Shown piece by piece: positions 37,211-46,517 of a stretch of DNA of 53,169 nucleotides. Under the pieces are notes generated by a model. The model was not told the DNA's origin. It did not search any database and saw only the letters and a program-made list of their open reading frames with translations. The DNA is from a virus (taxonomy: Duplodnaviria; Caudoviricetes): IMG/VR virus record IMGVR_UViG_3300032323_000656, positions 1-53,169 of that record, one strand, 5' to 3'. Each line of letters opens with the position of its first letter. Position 1 is the stretch's first letter. A program made the translations under genes and the position numbers.

Positions 37211-37891
37211 TTATCCGTTAAAGTCGCCCAGATCTCTGCTTGCTTGAATTTCTGCCGCAGTTCTTAATTCTGGTTTTGTTTTCGGTCCAGGATTTTCTTC
37301 TTTTTGATTTTCGTATGTTACACTTTCATATCTAAAAGATACTTGCCAAGTAATTGCTTCACTAGAGCCGTAATCTAATGTATCATGCTGAACATCAACT
37401 ATCTTTGGTCTCCATAACGTAACTTCGCTTTTGTTATTTAAATTTTCTCTAGCGGCATCAGCACCGTAAAATCTAGTGATAACAATTTTATCTATCGGAC
37501 AGTCTGCATTAGATGCCAAAGATTTTATACCAAAATTATCAAATCCTTTACGCAAACTTTTTTCAGATTTTTGAAAATTGCCGCTGATAATATTCATATA
37601 TTCTGTTATAAATTTTTGAAATCTATTATCAATAGTATCGGTAAATGTCATGCTTACCGGTTCAAAATTTATTCTAGTAGGAATAGATTGTCTAACGTTC
37701 CACGCATTAACAACTTCTGTTTCGATGCTAAATTTAGGAAGTTCGACTGTTCGTACAGTATCAAATATTACTCTAGTTGGAAGACTAGAATACTTACTGC
37801 TATAAAATTCAACTTTAAAAAGGTATTTTAGGCGAGCTGCTTTAAGCCCGCCTAAACTATACCATTTCATAGCGTCAGTTAATGCCGCCAT
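37211..37891 (-). CDS. Tail tube-like protein (gp19/gp54 paralog)
   Basis: KYLFKVEF, VELPKF, FEPVSMTF.D, LDY.SS...QVSFRYE; paralogous to the adjacent tube gene. Confidence 0.75.
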   Translation of the reverse strand: MAALTDAMKWYSLGGLKAARLKYLFKVEFYSSKYSSLPTRVIFDTVRTVELPKFSIETEVVNAWNVRQSIPTRINFEPVSMTFTDTIDNRFQKFITEYMNIISGNFQKSEKSLRKGFDNFGIKSLASNADCPIDKIVITRFYGADAARENLNNKSEVTLWRPKIVDVQHDTLDYGSSEAITWQVSFRYESVTYENQKEENPGPKTKPELRTAAEIQASRDLGDFNG

Positions 37892-37899
37892 GTTAATCC

Positions 37900-38520
37900 T
37901 TAAGTAGCTTGGTTACCAGCGCCAATTTCCATTACGCCTGTTGTCAATGCACCACGTGAAGTTGCATCAAAAACGTCGACTCCGTGAATATCAGCTGCAT
38001 CAAATCTGATTTGTAATGAAATTTGCATTACATCACTAGTTGCATAGTTATTCTCACCGTAGTTAGCGTTTTGAATAAAACAACCATTCATACTCCATGT
38101 CTCTAAAACGTTTGGACCAGTTGTGCCATTGCCGCCATCAAGTTGTTCAATAACCATACCAAACTTATAATCACGTCCTGCTACTGGAGCACTTTGTAAA
38201 CCTTGGTTTAGTTGTTTTTGTAACTGTTGAGCAATCTGTTTAGTAACAGTATTGTTGATATCATCACGTACTGTTAATGTAACCGGATCCCATGTGTGCT
38301 TACCAGCAAGGTAAACCTTGCTGTTGTAAGAATCTAATGTAACTTCATCATGTGTTAGACTAGGTCTAGTTACACTAATTACGTTTTGTGTTAATTCTAG
38401 CGTAGAGCCGTTGCCCAAGCCAAAATTGTATAGTTGTACTCTGAATCGATATTGAAGTTTTGGCATTACCATTGAATTGCCGCCTGCTGTAGGAACTCCA
38501 AATTGTGTTAAATCTGCCAT
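37900..38520 (-). CDS. Tail tube protein (gp19-like)
   Basis: PKLQYRFRV, RPS, AGKHTWDPVTLTVRDD, ETW...GCFI, IRFD; directly downstream of the sheath. Confidence 0.88.
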   Translation of the reverse strand: MADLTQFGVPTAGGNSMVMPKLQYRFRVQLYNFGLGNGSTLELTQNVISVTRPSLTHDEVTLDSYNSKVYLAGKHTWDPVTLTVRDDINNTVTKQIAQQLQKQLNQGLQSAPVAGRDYKFGMVIEQLDGGNGTTGPNVLETWSMNGCFIQNANYGENNYATSDVMQISLQIRFDAADIHGVDVFDATSRGALTTGVMEIGAGNQAT

Positions 38521-38551
38521 GTGTATTCTCCTTGGGCTATTTTATTTATCA

Positions 38552-40942
38552 TTATGATAACTCGCCTGTGTTGACTACACGGATTGGAATGTAAATGAAT
38601 TCAGCAGCCTTGACTGGCTCAATTGCAACGTCAATCCAAAGTTCGTTTCTGTCAATTTTAGCAGGTGTGTTATTTGTTTCATCACAAACAACAATAAAGT
38701 CATAGATAGCACGTTTGGCCAATAAATCGCCTAAGAAGCCATCAAAAACTTGTTTAACATTTGATCGTGTTACTTTATCGTTTGGTTCAAAGATAAACGG
38801 ACGAGCTAATGGATCAAAACGCTCACGCAAGTAAGCAAGTAAACGACTTACGTTTACACGATCCAATGCGCTAGCAAAGCTCTGTAGTGTACGTTGACCG
38901 AACACATACAAACCTTGTCCTGGGAAACGTGCAATTGGGTTAATACCAACTCTGCTACCGTCACCGTACAATGTATCACGTTGACCATTTGTCAGTGATA
39001 CTGCAACAAATTCACCTTCTGCATTGATGTAACCTACGTTACTTGCATTAGTTACAACACCGCGTGTTAAACCAGCAGGAGCAAACCAAGGATAAGAAAT
39101 TTGGTCGTTGTATGCCATTGTACGCAATACAATATGACTTGCAGGAACAACAACATCATTACCATTTAGATCTGTAGCAAGGCCACTTGGGTAATATGCT
39201 GCTGCTGAACTAGAAGATGTTGTTAAACCATCTTCACCGTTTGTTAATGCGTTTTTACCGCTCATCCAGTCGATCAATGTTTGACCTTGAGGTGCTAAAC
39301 GGAATGGAGTATCAACAACGATAAATGCAGTTTCTTTACGATCTGTATTTAATGCGATCATTTCATCTAACAATTCTGGATATCCTGGAGTTGCAATTAA
39401 AGTAAAGTATGTCATTTCTTCACGCAATGCCTCACTGCCGTTAACGGCTGCTTGCATAGCACGTACAACTGATTGACGTTGAGCTTTACGCAACATAAAC
39501 GGACTGCCGTCTTGCTTGTTGCCACTAAATGTGTTCCATACACCTGTTGTAGAATTATATTGCTTTACATTACCTGTAGATACGATAGAGTTCCAGCACA
39601 TCATACCATCTGGATATAATAATGGATCAGGAGCTTGATTATCAACTAGTGTTGCTCCACCGTTATTACTTGAGTCATTGGCTGTTGTTGTTAAATCAGC
39701 AAATATAATACCATCCGGAGTTGTTTGGTCAGTACGATCTCTAGAAGACCAAGTAGATCCGTCGAACACATAAATTGATGGATAGTTTTCTAAGTCGCCA
39801 CTGTCAATCCATACGTCATTTGCGTTTGGACTAGCCGGAGCAGTTGAATCGATAGTTACGTTGCCGCTTATTGGCTCCCAAACACCATTGGATTTGATAT
39901 ACAAATCTGCTTGCAAGTTTGTGTTGTACCATAAAGTACCATTAGTAGGAGCTCCGGCTGGTGCTGTTTCACTTGCTACTTCATCTAATGATCCCCATGT
40001 GCCATTGAATAATTTTAATTCTATATTAGCACTACCGGTTGTTGTTTTTGCATACACTTTGCCGTTTGTTAATGAACTACCGAAACCTGCTGAAGCAGCG
40101 GCATCACTTGCATATACTGGTACGCTAATAGTTGTCCATGGGCTAGAGCTAGGCATTAATGCAGAGTTATATCTCTTAACTACTAGCTTCAATCCACTGT
40201 TTGGATTAGTTGTCTTTAACCAGATATCACCGATTGCACTAGCAGATGGAATATTAAAGTGTTCTGCTACATAAACTGTTCCGATAACGGAATTAGAAGT
40301 TGTACATATTTCCCAGTTTCCAGCAACCTTCTTATATACTTGATGACTAGATACTGCTGTTGTTGAAACCACTGCATAGTTTCCGTTAGCCCCAAAAGCA
40401 GAAGCTGGTACTACACCTGCGCCGTTAGCAGTGTCTGCAAGATCTGTAATAATCAAAGGAGTCTTTGAAACCCAGTTTGTTGATCCTGTTCCAGTTGCTT
40501 CGAAAATACCCCAACTTGTATTGTCTAAGTCTAACCAATATGTACCGTTCGCTGGAGCACCAGTAGGTTCTTCGATACTTGGTTCTAGTTGTGCTACGTC
40601 GATGTCTGCTCGCAGAACATACGCACGGTTAGCAAGACCTAAGAAACTATACGCAGCCATTAAGCCATATTCGTTAGTTTCATCTCCGTGTACAGGAGTA
40701 CCGTCAATGACTTTAAATTGCGGTTGACCGAATAATTCAACTAGCTCTCGTTGGCTAGTTAATAAGTAAGGCTTGGCTGCATTTGTAGGTTGTGTACCTA
40801 AAGCATAGCCTGTGCCGCTTACGTTTGATTTGTTTGATTCTGTTGCTAAAATAATTAGTGGCACTGTGCCTTGACCGGCTGAACCGTATTGACTTTCGTC
40901 TGTGACACTAACTGCAACGCCTGGGGATACTAATGTAGCCAT
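38552..40942 (-). CDS. Tail sheath protein (gp18-like)
   Basis: LVSPGV, FGQP, PWFAPAG..RG, INPI, RVNVSRL, FIFEPND, IEPVKAAEFI. Confidence 0.96.
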   Translation of the reverse strand: MATLVSPGVAVSVTDESQYGSAGQGTVPLIILATESNKSNVSGTGYALGTQPTNAAKPYLLTSQRELVELFGQPQFKVIDGTPVHGDETNEYGLMAAYSFLGLANRAYVLRADIDVAQLEPSIEEPTGAPANGTYWLDLDNTSWGIFEATGTGSTNWVSKTPLIITDLADTANGAGVVPASAFGANGNYAVVSTTAVSSHQVYKKVAGNWEICTTSNSVIGTVYVAEHFNIPSASAIGDIWLKTTNPNSGLKLVVKRYNSALMPSSSPWTTISVPVYASDAAASAGFGSSLTNGKVYAKTTTGSANIELKLFNGTWGSLDEVASETAPAGAPTNGTLWYNTNLQADLYIKSNGVWEPISGNVTIDSTAPASPNANDVWIDSGDLENYPSIYVFDGSTWSSRDRTDQTTPDGIIFADLTTTANDSSNNGGATLVDNQAPDPLLYPDGMMCWNSIVSTGNVKQYNSTTGVWNTFSGNKQDGSPFMLRKAQRQSVVRAMQAAVNGSEALREEMTYFTLIATPGYPELLDEMIALNTDRKETAFIVVDTPFRLAPQGQTLIDWMSGKNALTNGEDGLTTSSSSAAAYYPSGLATDLNGNDVVVPASHIVLRTMAYNDQISYPWFAPAGLTRGVVTNASNVGYINAEGEFVAVSLTNGQRDTLYGDGSRVGINPIARFPGQGLYVFGQRTLQSFASALDRVNVSRLLAYLRERFDPLARPFIFEPNDKVTRSNVKQVFDGFLGDLLAKRAIYDFIVVCDETNNTPAKIDRNELWIDVAIEPVKAAEFIYIPIRVVNTGELS

Positions 40943-40947
40943 TGTTG

Positions 40948-40988
40948 TTCTCCTTATGAGTTATACTTATTTATAACTTTTCGGAGAA
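40948..40988 (-). promoter_or_regulatory. Hairpin pairing the sheath RBS, with late promoter TATAAATA inside it
   Basis: Minus strand TTCTCC-GAAA-AGTTATA-AATAAG-TATAACT-CATAA-GGAGAA. Confidence 0.6.
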
Positions 40989-41008
40989 ACCAGGCTATTT
41001 AGCGGAAT

Positions 41009-41641
41009 TTACATTTTTACAGATTCTGGTTGCACCACTTTTTCTACTTGATTAAACAAAGAATCTAATGTAGAGTTGTTATCTAGCACATAGTCAAAGT
41101 TAGTTCCAACCCATGCTGTTTCACTGGCATGAACACCTAATGCTTTGAGCTTTTCGGCAGCAAATAAATCTCCATCATTTGCCTTGGCGGCCATAATATG
41201 CCAACTAGGCAATTCGCCTCTGTTAACACATATAATACTGCCGCCTGCTTGTTTAATACTAGCAATTTCGTTAGGGAAACGACAATCGCTGATAACAATA
41301 TTATCTTTACTTCTACGTAATTTGTTTTCTACACTAGCGATCCAAATGTCATCGTGAAAGCCTTTTCTGCATACCTCTGTGCCCCAATACTGTAATACCC
41401 AACGTGGAGTAAGGTTAGGTATATCCAAACGTTTTGCCCACCATGGATCAACTTGTTCACGCCACTCACGTGCTTCTTTAGTGCGACCTTCAAGTAAAAC
41501 TCTGTCCCAACCAAATACTGCGGCTACAGCATCTTTTAATGTATTAGCAAAACTCTCACGACGAAAACCGTGTACGTTTACTAGATAATCTGCAATAGTA
41601 TCTTTACCACTGCCAATAAAACCACATACGCCAATAATCAT
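41009..41641 (-). CDS. Deoxynucleoside monophosphate kinase (gp1-like)
   Basis: GFIGSGKDT, SFA..LK, R..LQ..GTE, DCRFPNE, HASE. Confidence 0.92.
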   Translation of the reverse strand: MIIGVCGFIGSGKDTIADYLVNVHGFRRESFANTLKDAVAAVFGWDRVLLEGRTKEAREWREQVDPWWAKRLDIPNLTPRWVLQYWGTEVCRKGFHDDIWIASVENKLRRSKDNIVISDCRFPNEIASIKQAGGSIICVNRGELPSWHIMAAKANDGDLFAAEKLKALGVHASETAWVGTNFDYVLDNNSTLDSLFNQVEKVVQPESVKM

Positions 41642-42123
41642 TTTAATGTTTCCTCCAACCATAGTTTACATTCGGGCCACTGTTTATAGATATGCGATAG
41701 CCCGCCGGCATTACGCCATTCTTCGCAGTTACTTGTTCTGTCATCGATTAAGATATCGCCTTCACGACAATGACGCCACTTATCGCCACTGAATGGCCCA
41801 AAGAATACTGGGATATCTGGATAGTGTTCATGTGCCCACCATACTTTGTCGCTGGCAGCATAAGGCATTGTGTAATCATGAGGCAGTGCTGTTAGGAAGA
41901 ACAAACCACAGCCCGTTTTTTCTTTGTAATTTCTACACCATTGTACTAGTTCATCGGCTCCGACTTTTTTAGGCAGATTTCGATAAAAGCGAGGATCTCT
42001 TTGTAGTTTTTTCCAGTCAGCATCTGGAATACGTTCTCCATATTCCCAACTACGTTGAACTATTTTTCTAGCAGTTGCCATCCAATCTGCAACTACGTCA
42101 TCCATGTCTAAATATATATTCAT
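41638..42123 (-). CDS. HAD-family 5'(3')-deoxyribonucleotidase
   Basis: YLDMDDVVAD, FLTA, K..W, ILIDD motifs. Confidence 0.88.
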   Translation of the reverse strand: MNIYLDMDDVVADWMATARKIVQRSWEYGERIPDADWKKLQRDPRFYRNLPKKVGADELVQWCRNYKEKTGCGLFFLTALPHDYTMPYAASDKVWWAHEHYPDIPVFFGPFSGDKWRHCREGDILIDDRTSNCEEWRNAGGLSHIYKQWPECKLWLEETLK

Positions 42124-42129
42124 CTTACT

Positions 42130-42158
42130 ATTATATAGTAGACAAATCTATTTGTCAA
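42130..42158 (-). promoter_or_regulatory. Consensus early promoter TTGACA-N17-TATAAT
   Basis: Perfect hexamers; inverted repeat GACAAAT-CT-ATTTGTC overlaps the -35/spacer. Confidence 0.85.
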
Positions 42159-42166
42159 TGACTATT

Positions 42167-42358
42167 TTACTTTTTAGGAGTGGGATTTTCGCCAGTTAAA
42201 GTTGGTCTAGAAAACCATAACTTAAACCATTCATCTGTACCCGGCTTGATATTATGCTTACGCATATATTCTGCTTTGTTAGTGCCAATCTCGCCAGTAA
42301 TAGGACTAGGTGCTTCTTTGTCAATGCCAGCAAGTTTTCTAAGTGTATCTTTATCCAA
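42167..42358 (-). CDS. Small hypothetical protein
   Basis: 63 aa; LRKLAGI and IKPGTDEWFKLWF; overlaps the neck gene stop. Confidence 0.65.
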   Translation of the reverse strand: MDKDTLRKLAGIDKEAPSPITGEIGTNKAEYMRKHNIKPGTDEWFKLWFSRPTLTGENPTPKK

Positions 42359-43097
42359 TTATAAACCCCATCGGATCACTGCCGTCAATATACAAGTCTA
42401 AGTCTCGTTCTAATTTTTCAAGTTCTGCCTGAGCTTCACTTTTTAAGTTATCACCATTCAAACTTGTACCGCCTTGTGGGCCTGCTATAGTGCTGAACTT
42501 ACTACGTGCTTCGCCTAGGATAAACTTGGCCTGTGCCATGGCATAGTCTCTGATCCAAGGACTACCATATGTATCATTTAGTAACTCGTCATCGGCTTTT
42601 TGAACAAATGCCCATAGATATACTTCGTCATCGGCTTTAAACTTACGATGAATGAATAATGTTCGGTCGCCAGGATTAAATGTAAAAGTGCAGTATGCTC
42701 CGAACATACGTGCTAAAAGTTCCCTACGATCTGCATATAGTTCGTAGTTTAGTAAACCTGAGAAGTTTGTGTTACTTTGCAATAACATATTACTCAAGTA
42801 CATTGTGTTAAATGGTTCAAAATCAACACCAGTACTGCTAATACCTAATGCACCAGTATGACGTAGAAATACATCACGAATGTTAACTACTTCTAAAGGC
42901 AGTTGATATGTTTGTACTTCTTGTTGGATGTTTAATTTTAGAAACTTTTCGGAAACTGCTCTGCTACTACGTTGACGAAACTTTCGAAGCGCCTTTGCAA
43001 TAGCCAAATCGTAGTGTGCAGAATCTAATTCTACATCTACCATTCCGCCGCCTAGGCGTAATTCTATTTCTTTAATTAACTCATCTTTTACCGTCAT
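42351..43097 (-). CDS. Neck protein (gp13-like)
   Basis: LRLGGGMVDVEL, WIRDYA.A..K..LGEARSKF..I.GPQGG..LNG. Confidence 0.88.
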   Translation of the reverse strand: MTVKDELIKEIELRLGGGMVDVELDSAHYDLAIAKALRKFRQRSSRAVSEKFLKLNIQQEVQTYQLPLEVVNIRDVFLRHTGALGISSTGVDFEPFNTMYLSNMLLQSNTNFSGLLNYELYADRRELLARMFGAYCTFTFNPGDRTLFIHRKFKADDEVYLWAFVQKADDELLNDTYGSPWIRDYAMAQAKFILGEARSKFSTIAGPQGGTSLNGDNLKSEAQAELEKLERDLDLYIDGSDPMGFIIG

Positions 43098-43098
43098 A

Positions 43099-43134
43099 AA
43101 AATCTCCCGTTATGTATATTTAGCGGGAGATTTT
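43099..43134 (-). promoter_or_regulatory. Hairpin sequestering the neck-gene RBS, with late promoter TAAATA inside it (also terminator-like)
   Basis: Minus strand AAAATCTCCCGCTA-AATATACA-TAACGGGAGATTTT-T-ATG. Confidence 0.75.
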
Positions 43135-43153
43135 AATTTGGTGAATTTAAATT

Positions 43154-44005
43154 TTAGTCCACAGCCGGAGTAAAAGCCATTACCTGTTGCTTATTTTTCT
43201 CAATTTTGACTTCATCAAAATAAACAACTTGTGTGGGCATAGGCACACCATTTCTACTAACCAAAGTATTGTATATACCATACTTGGCGAAAAAGTTTCT
43301 TGCAGGATAGTTCACCAAAGGCCTATTAATAGAACCCTTTAATTGTTGATTTACATATACGTGAAGAAAACCCGAAGTTTGAGAAGTAGAAAAGTGCAGT
43401 GCTACATCGGTCCATTTGCCTTTCATTTCGTCAATCTTAGCCATTTTGATATCAGTGCACATTGTGGCTGCTGTGGCAGGATTGATCAGCTCTTGCCAGC
43501 ATAAATTGTATTCATTACCCAATGCATAAATTTGAAATAACGAAGGCAGCGATGCAAATCCTGCGTATTCTCCCGAAGGTCCGCCGCGAGGCTTAACTTG
43601 TCCAATTGTACTTTTTACAGTATTCGACGTTTCAAAATCGCTTGGCAAGAAAAGTGAGAAAGAAAACCAGTACTCTTCGCCGGTTGTCATATTTTGTTCT
43701 ACGAGCACTTCGGTTCTTGACCTATCTGTAGTGCAGTCGCTCCACGAAGCGTCAAAATGACAATCACCTGGTCGCAATTCAAATCGCTGTGCAAAATTAC
43801 CAGCTCTAGTAGGCTCCGGACTTTGCACTACTTGATACCCGTGGGCGGTATTGCTTAAAGATCTTGTGACTGTGATTTTTGTATATTTTTCAGGCGCTGT
43901 TTCGACATTTATATTTGTGGCGTTTGTGCTGCCACCGCCACATGCCGTTAGCGAACACCCGGTTAATAGCGATACAAGAACTGTAGCAATCAATTGTTTT
44001 TTCAT
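43154..44005 (-). CDS. Lipoprotein with polysaccharide lyase-like (beta-jelly roll) domain
   Basis: Lipobox LLTGC/LTACGGG; RFELRPGDC, RSRTE, EYWFSFSLFLP, KYGIY, VYFDEV. Confidence 0.72.
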   Translation of the reverse strand: MKKQLIATVLVSLLTGCSLTACGGGSTNATNINVETAPEKYTKITVTRSLSNTAHGYQVVQSPEPTRAGNFAQRFELRPGDCHFDASWSDCTTDRSRTEVLVEQNMTTGEEYWFSFSLFLPSDFETSNTVKSTIGQVKPRGGPSGEYAGFASLPSLFQIYALGNEYNLCWQELINPATAATMCTDIKMAKIDEMKGKWTDVALHFSTSQTSGFLHVYVNQQLKGSINRPLVNYPARNFFAKYGIYNTLVSRNGVPMPTQVVYFDEVKIEKNKQQVMAFTPAVD

Positions 44006-45198
44006 TTGTATACCTTTAACAAAATTACATCTGTACCGATACGACCATTGAGTTTAATCTCAGTGCTCTTGATTCCTTTAAACCATTTTTTAGCGGCAGG
44101 CTTGCCGTTGGCACTAAACTCTTTAAGTTGATCTTTTGGCTTACGCAATGTCTTTTGCACACTTGTATTGGCATCGAAACCTACAATAGTACTATTCTTA
44201 ACTGTCAATGCACCTGCATACTGATCTGCAATGTAGATACCCAGCTTACGTGTCTTTGTATTGTAGACCCAAAGTTCTTGCGCTGTAAGAATCGTAGTCG
44301 GGTCCGCACTTTTGAGATTAAGCTCTTTAAACTCTTTTGCGTATTTCAACTTAGCCACAACTTTTTCGGGCGTAACTGCTTTCTTTTTACGTGGAGCCTT
44401 GCTGGCTTTTTTAACTACGTTGTAGCTGTTAGCATCTGCCAAAGCCTGTGTCCACCATTTGATAATGGCATTGACTTGCCGCTTGCCCAGATGCTTATAT
44501 GCTTCCAATATTTGCGGATCTTTGCTAGAGTTAACTTCTTCAAACTCTGCAATCTTTTTGTTAATGAACTCCTGTACTGTTTTAACTTGCACAGCCGGCA
44601 CGTTCATTGTGGTCATCAGTTCGACTAGCTTAGGATCGCCTTTGAACTCTGCCATAAAGTCATCAAAACGACCTTCAAGTTCGCCCAAAAACTCTGCTGT
44701 CTTTTCTGCCATACGTTCTTGGATATTGAACTTTGGCTTGTCGTCTACAACAACTTCGGCGACTTGGTTACTAGTATCGATGCCGACGTCTGCTTGTTTA
44801 AGCTGTCGAACAAGAGTACGAAGTGTACCAAATCGCAATGCAAGTCCAACTCGGCCTGCTCTCAGCGCAAAGCCAACTGTAGGGCCAGGCCAAATGTCGC
44901 CTCGCTTGACTGCTTCTGCTAATTTTTGACGGCGTGGATTTCGGCTAAGGAATTGAACCAGCCATTCTGCACTTTTCTTTTTATCTTGTGTATGTGCATA
45001 CCAATTCAGTGAACGCATTACTTGTGTTTTGTACTCACTGGCGGTCCATGCTTGTTGTTCTTCTACACTAGGGTAAGTGGGTTCTTCGCCAACATACTTA
45101 GAATCTACTTCTCGATAGACGACTGTCTTAGCCGGGGGCTCGAATCTCCAAGCCAATTTGTCCGTACTTACTTGTTTAAGTGATTTTCTTGTAGCCAT
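44002..45198 (-). CDS. Conserved hypothetical early phage protein
   Basis: 398 aa, AGGAG RBS, consensus promoter; basic C-terminal domain (WVYNTKTRKL, SVQKTLRKP, LNGRI). Confidence 0.7.
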   Translation of the reverse strand: MATRKSLKQVSTDKLAWRFEPPAKTVVYREVDSKYVGEEPTYPSVEEQQAWTASEYKTQVMRSLNWYAHTQDKKKSAEWLVQFLSRNPRRQKLAEAVKRGDIWPGPTVGFALRAGRVGLALRFGTLRTLVRQLKQADVGIDTSNQVAEVVVDDKPKFNIQERMAEKTAEFLGELEGRFDDFMAEFKGDPKLVELMTTMNVPAVQVKTVQEFINKKIAEFEEVNSSKDPQILEAYKHLGKRQVNAIIKWWTQALADANSYNVVKKASKAPRKKKAVTPEKVVAKLKYAKEFKELNLKSADPTTILTAQELWVYNTKTRKLGIYIADQYAGALTVKNSTIVGFDANTSVQKTLRKPKDQLKEFSANGKPAAKKWFKGIKSTEIKLNGRIGTDVILLKVYK

Positions 45199-45221
45199 GT
45201 TTACTCCTAGGTAAAAATGTA

Positions 45222-45250
45222 ATTATATACTAACTTCTATTTTGTGTCAA
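45222..45250 (-). promoter_or_regulatory. Consensus early promoter TTGACA-N17-TATAAT
   Basis: Perfect hexamers. Confidence 0.85.
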
Positions 45251-45674
45251 TTTCGATTGCACGGCGTAAAAGCAACTCTTGTTTGGAGAAGGCATCAATC
45301 TCCCAAGGCATATCCAAATACTTTGTTTTTTTGGAATAGCGTTTACCTTTCCAAATTTTTGCATCACCTGGTAGGAATTTCATTTGGCCTTTGGCTATCT
45401 GTTTAACATGCACCATTTCATGTGCTAACGTAGTAGCCATTTCCATCAATGACACGGGTGTTAGACGTTTAGGTGCTTTGATCAGTACCAACATACAGTC
45501 TGCTACATCGATGTTCATAGTAGAACCTTGGAAATCATCTTCCAAGTCTTTGGTAACTTTTACTAAGACAGCTCGTTTGCTGTTAGTAAGTCCCAACTGT
45601 TTAATATATGAAGGCATCAAACTATTCAAAAACTTTTTAACTTTTGAATTGTCTGCGTTTACATCATACTCCAT
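45237..45674 (-). CDS. Zn-dependent metallopeptidase-like protein (HExxH)
   Basis: TLAHEMVHVKQ and PWEIDAF; start reassigned to MEYDVN. Confidence 0.8.
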   Translation of the reverse strand: MEYDVNADNSKVKKFLNSLMPSYIKQLGLTNSKRAVLVKVTKDLEDDFQGSTMNIDVADCMLVLIKAPKRLTPVSLMEMATTLAHEMVHVKQIAKGQMKFLPGDAKIWKGKRYSKKTKYLDMPWEIDAFSKQELLLRRAIEIDTK

Positions 45675-45704
45675 TATAACCGCTCCAATTTGTATGTATA
45701 GTGT

Positions 45705-45733
45705 ATTATAATGCAAGGATCAATTTATGTCAA
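45705..45733 (-). promoter_or_regulatory. Consensus early promoter TTGACA-N17-TATAAT
   Basis: Perfect hexamers immediately after a terminator. Confidence 0.85.
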
Positions 45734-45734
45734 T

Positions 45735-45757
45735 AAAAAACCCGCCGGAGCGGGTTT
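45735..45757 (-). terminator. Rho-independent terminator
   Basis: Minus strand AAACCCGC-TCCG-GCGGGTTTTTT. Confidence 0.85.
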
Positions 45758-45775
45758 GTAATACTTTTGTTTTTA

Positions 45776-46423
45776 TTAGTCGTTCCAGACTAGATTGCCA
45801 CCTACAATGCTGGCATTGTAAACTTGAACATTACTTAGTCCCCAAGAGTTAATGTTGACTTGTAAATTGTTACCATTCCAATCCTGTCCTGCGGCAACTT
45901 GCACTCTGGTGAACCCGCCTACTGTAGTATTGTCAGGATATGAATTATCATCTGTCCATACACCGCCGTTTACGATTGATACTGCTGTGGCAACACCCGA
46001 GTTAGACGCTGTAACGCGAACTCTTAATGGTGTAGCAAAGGAAGCATGACGGAATTCAAATTCGTCGCCTACGTCATTAGCAGTTCCGCCAGAGCGTACA
46101 GAGATACTTGTTACTGTTTCGTCACTGATAAATTCAGCGATATCATCACCCAAACTAGGAATAGTGCCAGATATTGAACCAGCAACTGCGCCCGGGATAG
46201 TTGATACTCTAGCGGCAAATGTAAAGATGTTACCATCTGGTACGCCTACCATATATAAGTCTGTTTTTAGCTGTAGTGCTCTGACTGCTTTAGAATATAA
46301 ACTATCACTTGCTGTATAGTTTGTTTCAATGTCTGTGCCTATATCAACTACGAAATAAGCCAATTCTGGAGTTCCCATTGTGTTCGCAGGGAAAACTTTT
46401 ACCCAATTATCTGTAATAGCCAT
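45776..46423 (-). CDS. Virion protein (decoration-like) with inserted beta-repeat domain
   Basis: Start MAITDNW; late promoter TATAAATA at ~46453-46460; VTSISV..GG.....GD...F segment typical of phage fibre domains. Confidence 0.55.
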   Translation of the reverse strand: MAITDNWVKVFPANTMGTPELAYFVVDIGTDIETNYTASDSLYSKAVRALQLKTDLYMVGVPDGNIFTFAARVSTIPGAVAGSISGTIPSLGDDIAEFISDETVTSISVRSGGTANDVGDEFEFRHASFATPLRVRVTASNSGVATAVSIVNGGVWTDDNSYPDNTTVGGFTRVQVAAGQDWNGNNLQVNINSWGLSNVQVYNASIVGGNLVWND

Positions 46424-46517
46424 AATAAAATCCTTTAAAAATGTATTGTAACTATTTATACAAAACATAGTAATTTAAAAGATAGACAAAGAAAAACTTT
46501 AGGTAAATACTTATACT

